Shown here: one piece after another, positions 18,345 through 25,882 of the stretch
How the letters are laid out: each line of letters opens with the position of its first letter
Numbering within the stretch: position 1 is the stretch's first letter
Origin: an uncultured virus (IMG/VR IMGVR_UViG_3300025605_000006)
Lineage: Duplodnaviria > Heunggongvirae > Uroviricota > Caudoviricetes
IMG/VR virus record: IMGVR_UViG_3300025605_000006
Length of the DNA: 64,000 nt
Reading direction: 5' to 3' (one strand)
The notes under the pieces: model-generated
Told to the model about the DNA's origin: nothing
Databases searched by the model: none
What the model saw: only the letters and a program-made list of their open reading frames with translations
Made by a program: the position numbers and the translations under genes

Positions 18345-19305
18345 AATGGTGGCTGTTTCTGGTGGTGGCGGGTTTATCGCTGGGCACCTGATTCGGAGGC
18401 TTCTTGATGAAGGGTTCAGTGTAAGGACCTCTGACATCAAGCCGTTCGAGGAGTGGCATCAGATTCATCCCGATGCAGTCAATGTTGAGAGATCAGACCT
18501 ATCGGTCAGGGAAAACTGCGCTGAGCTTCTAGACGGAGCCAAGGATTGCTACCATTTGGCAGCAGATATGGGCGGGATGTTCTTTCTCGGGACCCACCGT
18601 GTGGACACACTGAACAGTGTCCTCATTACTGGCAACATCTTCAGGGAAGCAGGGGGGCTCGAAAGGCTCCTTTACAACTCAAGCGCATGCGTTTACCGTG
18701 ATGACCTCCAGCAGGAGACTGAGGTTTCCTTGAGGGAGGACGACGCTTGGCCAGCTAATCCTGAGCCTTGCTACGGCCTGGACAAGTTGTACGGGGAGGA
18801 ATACTGCAAGTGGGCTCATTTGGAGTCTGGCCTTGAGACAAGAGTCGCCAGGCTTCATAACGTATTTGGGCCTCACGGGACTTGGACTGGAGGCCGAGAG
18901 AAGGCCCCGGCTGCTATTTGTAGGAAGGTAGCGGAAGCTGTTGTTCTCGGAGGCGACTCCATTGTCATCGGTGGGGACGGGCAACAGACTAGGTCCTTCT
19001 TGTACGTTGACGAGTGCGTTGAGGGGACCAGGAGAATCATGGAGTCCGACTATGGTGGACCCCTGAATCTGGGGTCAGATGAATCCATTTCCATCGAGGG
19101 CTTGGCGCTCATGGTGGAGGACATCGCTGGGGTGGAGTTGAATCACATCTACGACCTTGAAGCCCCCGTGGGGGTGAGAGGTAGAAATTCTGATAACACT
19201 CTCATCAAGGAGACTCTTGGGTGGGCTCCATCCTCCGATCTCCGGTCAGGCATGGAGAGAACCTACGAATGGGTCCTAGAGCAAGTCAGGCGCACTCATG
19301 GCTAA
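18337..19305 (+). CDS. GDP-mannose 3,5-epimerase-like SDR
   Basis: GGGGFIAGH, HLAADMGGM, SSACVY, GGREKAPAAICRK, QTRSF, GVRGRNSDN. Confidence 0.88.
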   Translation: MSRMVAVSGGGGFIAGHLIRRLLDEGFSVRTSDIKPFEEWHQIHPDAVNVERSDLSVRENCAELLDGAKDCYHLAADMGGMFFLGTHRVDTLNSVLITGNIFREAGGLERLLYNSSACVYRDDLQQETEVSLREDDAWPANPEPCYGLDKLYGEEYCKWAHLESGLETRVARLHNVFGPHGTWTGGREKAPAAICRKVAEAVVLGGDSIVIGGDGQQTRSFLYVDECVEGTRRIMESDYGGPLNLGSDESISIEGLALMVEDIAGVELNHIYDLEAPVGVRGRNSDNTLIKETLGWAPSSDLRSGMERTYEWVLEQVRRTHG

Positions 19306-20044
19306 GGTTGTGGTCGGGACTACTCTCCCCACTTTCAAGGCCTTGTCCGGGGAGGACAGAATGTGGCTGTCTCACGCCAGAGGCATGGTCACTGATGCAC
19401 TCGATTACGGGTATGATGAGGTCAAGTTCTTTGCGGCCATAGAGCATGACACTAGAGGAATTGGACCCTTTGACAAGCTTACCAATCTCCTGGGGGAGGT
19501 AGATGCTCTGCCTGGGGCGAGAGGTGAATACTGGGGTTTCTCCATCTCTGACGGAGCTGCCGTCATTGATGGGTGGAACAGACTTCTGCGTATATGTACA
19601 GGCAGGAACCTCATCATCGACTACGCTTTGAGGGACGAGGACGTCGATAAGATCCTTTTTCTGGATTCAGATCTAACGGTACCACCGGAGTCTATTTCTA
19701 AGCTGTCAGAACTTGGCTACCCGTTCACTGGCGGTGATGTCCCTGCTTATTGTCTTGCTGGGAAGCGTCTTGATAACGAGTATCCAACTTTCCCAGTTCA
19801 GGAGCATTGGAATACTGCTGGATTTCTGATGGTCGATAGACACATTTTCCAACGCATCCAATGGCGGGCAGACATTCACCCCCGCGGTGCCGGGATGACA
19901 GATGACCCCACTTACGCTGATGACGTCAGGCAGCTTTTTGGCCTCGAATGCAGGGTTCGCAAAGACCTACAGGGGGTCCACAAGCCTCTTGTTCCCCTGG
20001 AGAAGCGGGGGCATGATCTTTCAACTCAAGGGGTAGTGGGTTGA
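19298..20044 (+). CDS. putative glycosyltransferase (GT-A fold)
   Basis: GRNLI...ILFLDSD DxD motif; cluster context. Confidence 0.7.
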   Translation: MAKVVVGTTLPTFKALSGEDRMWLSHARGMVTDALDYGYDEVKFFAAIEHDTRGIGPFDKLTNLLGEVDALPGARGEYWGFSISDGAAVIDGWNRLLRICTGRNLIIDYALRDEDVDKILFLDSDLTVPPESISKLSELGYPFTGGDVPAYCLAGKRLDNEYPTFPVQEHWNTAGFLMVDRHIFQRIQWRADIHPRGAGMTDDPTYADDVRQLFGLECRVRKDLQGVHKPLVPLEKRGHDLSTQGVVG

Positions 20045-20781
20045 AGGTTGGCATTGGGATAGCTACATTCAACAGGCCTATCGCTTTCGGTCAATGCCTT
20101 GAAAGTGTTCTTGAAAATGCCCCTGATTCGGCCTATCTTTATGTCAGCGATGACGGTTCCGATCTTGATTACGGGGACAGTTTCAGCGCCTTGGAGCCCT
20201 TGGGGGTGAAGCTCTTTAGGGGTGAGCACTCCAATATCGCCACTTCCAAGAACAGGCTCTTGCAAGCCATGATGGACGATGGAGTGGACCACCTCTTTGT
20301 CATAGAGGACGACATTAGGGTTCTTCATCCTGATGCCTTCGTGCGACCCATTGAGGGCTGCGAGCGGTATGGCATGAATCACACGATGTTTGCCCATCAC
20401 GGTTCCAGGAATTCCATGGTGGAAGAGGGGTCTTTCTTCTCGTATCATTACGAGTGCGTTGGAGCCTTCTGCTATTACAGCAGAAAGGCTATCTTTGAGG
20501 TTGGGCTGATGGACACCCATTTCCACAATGCTTTCGAGCATGTCGTTCATACCATGTTGATAGGTGATGCAGGGTTGATGCCTGGTGCTAGATGGAGAAG
20601 GTTCCCTGATGTTGTTGGGTCTACGATGACGTTAGAGGAACTTGATGTCCCGTCTTCTCATCTGGTTACCTCTGAAGAGGATCACATGAAGAAGGAGCAC
20701 GTTCAGTCAGCCTTGAGGTACTGGAAGGAGCACTATCGCTTCCCTTCAGACGTAGAACCCCTCTTGTTGAAGGAGAGCTAA
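20041..20781 (+). CDS. glycosyltransferase family 2
   Basis: IATFNRP, VSDDGS, FVIEDD, VGLMD. Confidence 0.85.
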   Translation: MKVGIGIATFNRPIAFGQCLESVLENAPDSAYLYVSDDGSDLDYGDSFSALEPLGVKLFRGEHSNIATSKNRLLQAMMDDGVDHLFVIEDDIRVLHPDAFVRPIEGCERYGMNHTMFAHHGSRNSMVEEGSFFSYHYECVGAFCYYSRKAIFEVGLMDTHFHNAFEHVVHTMLIGDAGLMPGARWRRFPDVVGSTMTLEELDVPSSHLVTSEEDHMKKEHVQSALRYWKEHYRFPSDVEPLLLKES

Positions 20782-21474
20782 GTGCCCATCTATGCAGTTA
20801 TGCCTTTTCGGGATGAACCAGGGTTGACTCTTAAGGTTCTCGACCTTCTAGCGTTTGAGGAGGTAGATTCCGTTCTCCTTTACGACAACGATTCCACTGA
20901 GGAAACAATGTCGATCATCAGGAAGAGGACATCCGAGATGGATAACGCAAGGGTCCTCTCGGCCCCCACCATGTCCATTTATGAGATGTGGAACCATGGG
21001 TGGTCCACCGCCCTCGACAAGGAGTCTGGAGAGTTCGACATAGCTTTCCTGAACAACGACATAGATTTTTGTCGTGGCACACTTGCCGCCCTGTCTACCA
21101 CATTGAGAGCCATTGGGGATGCCTGGATCACCTACCCTAATTACGACCGGCACACCTCAATGGGGGTGGATGAATCCTTGGGGGTTCGCCCTACTTATGG
21201 AACCAAGAAGGATGGCGGAATGTGTGGCCACATGTTTATGATTCGCGGCGAGATCGCCAGAGAAGGCTTTCCTATGGTGGATGATGGGTTTGAGTGGTGG
21301 TTTGGGGACGATCAGCTGGCTTGGGACGTTAGGGAGCAGGGCGGGTCCCAGTACCGTCTCCTTGGGTGGCCCGTGGATCACTTGAATGAGGCCACAGCTA
21401 GCAATGGGTCGAACGACTGGACGCATAGCGCTAAGGAGCGGGACATCAAGCGCTGGGGGCTCCTGCACGGCTAG
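20782..21474 (+). CDS. glycosyltransferase family 2-like
   Basis: LYDNDS, FLNND, WWFGDD. Confidence 0.8.
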   Translation: MPIYAVMPFRDEPGLTLKVLDLLAFEEVDSVLLYDNDSTEETMSIIRKRTSEMDNARVLSAPTMSIYEMWNHGWSTALDKESGEFDIAFLNNDIDFCRGTLAALSTTLRAIGDAWITYPNYDRHTSMGVDESLGVRPTYGTKKDGGMCGHMFMIRGEIAREGFPMVDDGFEWWFGDDQLAWDVREQGGSQYRLLGWPVDHLNEATASNGSNDWTHSAKERDIKRWGLLHG

Positions 21475-21501
21475 TGCTTGTCCTTCTGGTAGCATTGAGT
21501 C

Positions 21502-22689
21502 ATGGCTACCGAAGTTTCTGGAACCCTAACCCCAAACACTGTGGCATCCGTCACTATTGATCTTCCCGCTGACGTGCAGGTGCCCTACACGAACTACTTT
21601 GGGGACACAGCATACAAGGTTATTCACAACCGAGGGGCAGCCATTCGGGTCGTTAACCTTGATGGAAAAGCCCCAATCTGGTTTACCGTGGACGGAACCA
21701 ACCCTGTTATTGGAAGTCACGGACAGGCTGTAGCAGCAGAAACCGGATCCTTCAACTACATCAGAAAGTACGTTGAAGATAGCGCTGTCGTTAAGCTCAT
21801 CTCAGCCAGCAACACGCAATACACCGTAGAGTTCTTTTCCGGTGACGCCACCGAAGTAAACAACACGGGCGGAGGGGGGACACCCTGCCCTAAACCCTCC
21901 TACAGCGCAGAGGGTGGCAACAGCGAATACCACGATGGAGGATACCACTATCACGTTTTCACTTCAAGCGGAACTCTTACCTTTGTGGATGGCGACAACA
22001 GCCCGACTCTTGAGGTCCTTCTCGTTGGTGGCGGGGGAGCCGGGGGCCGTGACGCTGGTGGAGGTGGAGGAGCTGGAGGTATAGCCGTTGTCTCCATCAT
22101 GCCAGCTTATGAGGACCTTAAGATCACCATTGGAGCTGGTGGCGTAGCTGGCAGTAGTGTTGGCCCAAGCGGGGGGTTCACCACCCTAACGGGAGAAGAC
22201 ACGGGAACTATTGGTGCCCCCGGTGGGGGCGGTGGGGGCTCCTGGTTCGGAGACCTGGGGCTCGTTGGTGGAAGCGGTGGAGGAGCGGGGGCTGGAGTTG
22301 TTCAGTCCGGCAAGCAAGGTATCAGTGGGTTCGGTAACCACGGAGGAGCTTGCACTCAACTAGGTGGAGCCATCGGATGCGGTGGAGGTGGAGGCTTTCT
22401 GACTGCCGGAGCCGACGGTGGGCCTCTAATTGGAGGCAACGGAGGAGATGGAACCACCATTTGGGGATTTCCTGTCGGAGGTGGCGGGGGTGGAGGCTCC
22501 GCCAACGGATGGGCCAATACTTCTGGGGGTGTTGGGGGCGGAGGTAGAGGTCAGGGTGTCAGTGGAGCTGCTGTAGCTGGAACCGCCAACACTGGTGGTG
22601 GGGGTGGAGGAGGCCACGGTGGATATGGCGGAACTGCTGTCGGGGCCAGCGGGGGCTCAGGTCTCTTGGTGATAAGATACCTGATCTGA
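21502..22689 (+). CDS. glycine-rich domain protein, probably virion-associated
   Basis: HVFTSSG, VLLVGGGGAGG, ANTGGGGGG, GGSGLLVIRY glycine-rich module. Confidence 0.75.
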   Translation: MATEVSGTLTPNTVASVTIDLPADVQVPYTNYFGDTAYKVIHNRGAAIRVVNLDGKAPIWFTVDGTNPVIGSHGQAVAAETGSFNYIRKYVEDSAVVKLISASNTQYTVEFFSGDATEVNNTGGGGTPCPKPSYSAEGGNSEYHDGGYHYHVFTSSGTLTFVDGDNSPTLEVLLVGGGGAGGRDAGGGGGAGGIAVVSIMPAYEDLKITIGAGGVAGSSVGPSGGFTTLTGEDTGTIGAPGGGGGGSWFGDLGLVGGSGGGAGAGVVQSGKQGISGFGNHGGACTQLGGAIGCGGGGGFLTAGADGGPLIGGNGGDGTTIWGFPVGGGGGGGSANGWANTSGGVGGGGRGQGVSGAAVAGTANTGGGGGGGHGGYGGTAVGASGGSGLLVIRYLI

Positions 22690-22788
22690 AGATCGACACT
22701 GTAGGCTGCTTGTCAGTCGAACCGAAAGGAGGGTCATGTTAACTACTAGTCATAGTGAATGTTAGGTTCACTTATGAAAGGAGATAAC

Positions 22789-23568
22789 ATGACTTACGCG
22801 GTTAACAAGCGACGAAACATCGCTCGCGACTCCCTTGCCTCCCCGCGTCAGTCCTACGCCAAGTTCGCTAAGGCCGACGCGAATCGACGCAACCGACACA
22901 CGGTTAAGGCTGCTTTGTCCTCCCATCGGGAGGAGTTCAAGGATGAGGCCTTGAACCCGGACTCTGATTTCGATGCAGAGAACTACGGGTACGCCAAGAT
23001 GGCTCGCTCCGATCTTCGTTACAAGGAGGAGATCAAGGAGGCCATGTGGGACCGTCGTCACGACAATCTTGGATGCGTCTTCCGCTACGGAAGCCGACAC
23101 CTGGAGAACGTCCCCAACGAGAACTTGGCGACGGAAGTCTACAAGCTTTTCCCTGACAACGTGGCCGGAAGGCACGCAGCAGGGCACCTGTTCTTCCACG
23201 TCACTCACGAGCGAGGCTGGTCGGAGTACTCGCCCTGCTGGGGCTCACCTGCTGCGGTCAAGGCTCGTGCTGATCGTCGTTGGCTCTTGAATTGTCTCGC
23301 TGCACGTTACTTGGAGTGCCTGACTGAGGTGGTGGATTCCGGGAGGGCGAGAGAGTTCAATGTCCGGATGGGCTGGGAGTACGCCACAGATCGACTCTAC
23401 TTCACGAAGTTCGGTGGATCGAGGCTGACGACCAGGAATTCCATCCAGAGGGTCTTCTTGTCGAACTGTGGAGCACTGCCGCCAGGATTCAGGCAGACCC
23501 GATTCAGGGGCGGACCTCTTTACGAGGTCCTCACCCAGATGGGGTTCTCTTTGCCTGAGGAGGTGTAG
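22789..23568 (+). CDS. hypothetical protein
   Basis: AAAGGAGA SD before ATG 22789; long ORF. Confidence 0.7.
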   Translation: MTYAVNKRRNIARDSLASPRQSYAKFAKADANRRNRHTVKAALSSHREEFKDEALNPDSDFDAENYGYAKMARSDLRYKEEIKEAMWDRRHDNLGCVFRYGSRHLENVPNENLATEVYKLFPDNVAGRHAAGHLFFHVTHERGWSEYSPCWGSPAAVKARADRRWLLNCLAARYLECLTEVVDSGRAREFNVRMGWEYATDRLYFTKFGGSRLTTRNSIQRVFLSNCGALPPGFRQTRFRGGPLYEVLTQMGFSLPEEV

Positions 23569-23611
23569 ACTTCGGGGGTAGAATCCATTCAACTCAAACT
23601 TAAGGCCAACC

Positions 23612-24106
23612 GTGGAAAGCGTCCTACTGCTTAATGCTTCATTTGCACCGTTGAGAACGATCCCGATGAAGCGCGCCATGGTTCTCTTGCTCCAAGGCAA
23701 GGCTGACATGCTTGAAGCTGCCGATGGGGTGATTTCCTCTGCCTCAGAGGACTTCCCTAGGCCTTCGGTGGTGAAGTTGAACTACTTCGTGACTGTCCCA
23801 TTTCAGGCTCGCGTGGCCCTAAATCGTCGTTCACTTATGGCTAGGGATGGGGGCATCTGTCAGTACGGTTGTGGCCGCAAGGCTTCGACCATAGATCACG
23901 TTTTTCCGCGCTCCCGTGGAGGTAAGCACGAGTGGACCAATGTCCTTGCCTGCTGCCCGAGGTGCAACCTCAGGAAGGCTGACAACACCCTTGAGGAGAT
24001 CGGGTGGGAGCCCCTTAAGCAACCTCACGTTCCGACTACGAATATTTGGCTGATGTCTAATGTAGAATCGCGTCCAGAGTGGAAGCCCTACTTGGAGATG
24101 ATTTGA
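23612..24106 (+). CDS. HNH endonuclease (McrA-like)
   Basis: VLLLNAS, RDGGICQYGC, TIDHVFPRSRGG, CCPRCNLRK. Confidence 0.92.
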   Translation: MESVLLLNASFAPLRTIPMKRAMVLLLQGKADMLEAADGVISSASEDFPRPSVVKLNYFVTVPFQARVALNRRSLMARDGGICQYGCGRKASTIDHVFPRSRGGKHEWTNVLACCPRCNLRKADNTLEEIGWEPLKQPHVPTTNIWLMSNVESRPEWKPYLEMI

Positions 24107-24107
24107 C

Positions 24108-24602
24108 GTGGACCTGTACACTTACACCATCTCCGGGATAGTCCTCCCTGATGACACCGCTGGACTGTTGTTGATCTCCCCTTCCGGCATGTCTGGCTTC
24201 AGAAGATTCAGGATTGTTGATGTTCATCTCGGGTTCCATGGAGCCTTTGACCCTGAATCCCGTGAAGTTGGCGACCCTCAGGATGTCGATTGTATCATTT
24301 GGAGATTCGACGCTTCCGGGATGATCTCTGCCCATCCTTGGAGACCAGAACCTCTTGATCCGAGTGCTCCAGTACCGCCCATTTTTGCTCTAGAGATCCT
24401 CACCCTCGATGATGCACCGGCTCCAATTGTCGACAGCTCAGTGTTTGCTCCAAACATGAAGAATGTTGATAGTCTTCGGTGGACCTTTGGCTCAGGGGAG
24501 GAAGTTATTGGCGGTGGTGATGTTGGAGTTACAGTTATGGCTGGTAACCAAAACTATTATTACCCTGTGGAATACTGCCTCTCGGTTGTTCTTTCCATCT
24601 GA
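24108..24602 (+). CDS. hypothetical protein
   Basis: ORF with GGAG upstream. Confidence 0.6.
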   Translation: MDLYTYTISGIVLPDDTAGLLLISPSGMSGFRRFRIVDVHLGFHGAFDPESREVGDPQDVDCIIWRFDASGMISAHPWRPEPLDPSAPVPPIFALEILTLDDAPAPIVDSSVFAPNMKNVDSLRWTFGSGEEVIGGGDVGVTVMAGNQNYYYPVEYCLSVVLSI

Positions 24603-24651
24603 AGCCAAGCTCGGCACTCCGCTAGAATAGAACTCAACGAAAAGGAAATCT

Positions 24652-25062
24652 ATGGGCTCAGCAACCGACTACTTCGAAAACATAGTTCTGGACTCCATCC
24701 TAGGGGACAACTGTGGCGCTAATGTTCCTTCTTCTGTTTGGGTGGGTCTCCTGACCTCCTCTCCTAGCGACGCCTCCGGGGGGGTTGAGGTCTCCACTTC
24801 CGGCACGGGGTATGCCAGGGTGCTTGTACTCAACGACACGGACCATTGGCCGGATGCCGTTTCTTCCACGAAGCAGAACGCAGCTCCTATTCAGTTTGCC
24901 ACAGCTACAGCTGCCTGGGGGGCTGTATCCTATGTTGGGATATACGACTCGGACACGGGAGGTAATCTGCTACTATGGGGAGAGTTGTCCTTTCCTGTGT
25001 CGCCAGTAGTTGGCAACGCCCCCTACTTTGCACCAGGATCACTCAACATAACTTGCGACTAA
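24652..25062 (+). CDS. phage tail/virion structural protein
   Basis: TDYFENIVLD...GLLT...EVS...GYAR...F.TAT.AWG...GGNLLLWG pattern of phage tail proteins. Confidence 0.75.
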   Translation: MGSATDYFENIVLDSILGDNCGANVPSSVWVGLLTSSPSDASGGVEVSTSGTGYARVLVLNDTDHWPDAVSSTKQNAAPIQFATATAAWGAVSYVGIYDSDTGGNLLLWGELSFPVSPVVGNAPYFAPGSLNITCD

Positions 25063-25072
25063 GGATCAAATC

Positions 25073-25516
25073 ATGGCTGACGTCTATTCGATAACTACAA
25101 CCTCAACAGCAGTAGCCATAGCTACTCCCCAAACTCTTCTCCAGCTGGAGGCCCCGTCCGACAAGAGGGTTAGGCTACAGTTTTTGAGTGTAAGCTTCGA
25201 TGGGGCGGCCTCTGCTACCCCCGCGAAGGTTCATCTTTTGCGCCAGACTACTGCGGGTACAGCCACGACGGATACGGCCACCCCGCTAGACATGGATGCC
25301 CCAGCGGCAGGCACGACTTGCAGGCGTCTCTACACAGTCGAGCCCACGGATGGGGACATTCTCTTCTCCTGGTTTGCTACCCCTAGCGGGTCAGCGTTCT
25401 CCATCTCGTTTGCCCCAGGGGAAGAGCCTGTTATTCCCGAGAGTGGCCGTTTGGCCGTTAAGGTGGAATCGCAGGTGGGCCTCAATGCTTTCGCTTCAAT
25501 GCAATTTGCTGAGTGA
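25073..25516 (+). CDS. putative virion structural protein
   Basis: Thr/Ala-rich ORF, AAGGA SD, structural-gene context. Confidence 0.6.
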   Translation: MADVYSITTTSTAVAIATPQTLLQLEAPSDKRVRLQFLSVSFDGAASATPAKVHLLRQTTAGTATTDTATPLDMDAPAAGTTCRRLYTVEPTDGDILFSWFATPSGSAFSISFAPGEEPVIPESGRLAVKVESQVGLNAFASMQFAE

Positions 25517-25528
25517 GTTGGAGGGTTT

Positions 25529-25882
25529 ATGCCCTATGTGCAATCCAACTCCAACGTAAGAAAGCGCAGGGCTCCCCGAAGGTTCACTCGTCTTGATGTC
25601 AGGAGTGGCGAATGGATCACCCTCACTCCCCTTTCCCTAAGTGGTGCCGCCTCCTTCAGTCTGGGCACGCGGGAAGGCTGGGTGGATCTAACTCAGTCTG
25701 ATGCAGCCATGCGCACGCCCGTCGAGGAAACGGATCGCCCAGTTCGCTTCAAGCTCTTCTTTACCGGGTACCTTGATGTTGCCGTTGAACCTGTTGACCC
25801 TGCCAGTCGATTTGTTATGCTTAAGCGTGTCAGTCCGGTGATGACTGACCCAATCATAAACGAAAATGGAAAACCAGAATGA
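25529..25882 (+). CDS. hypothetical protein
   Basis: GGAGG SD; stop overlaps the next start. Confidence 0.6.
   Translation: MPYVQSNSNVRKRRAPRRFTRLDVRSGEWITLTPLSLSGAASFSLGTREGWVDLTQSDAAMRTPVEETDRPVRFKLFFTGYLDVAVEPVDPASRFVMLKRVSPVMTDPIINENGKPE

Noticed and set aside
22020..22660. GGN-rich repeats, also the GAGGAT run at 50932-50980 and GCCAAGAAG at 40853
   Set aside because: Explained by Gly-rich, acidic and Lys/Ala-rich coding sequence
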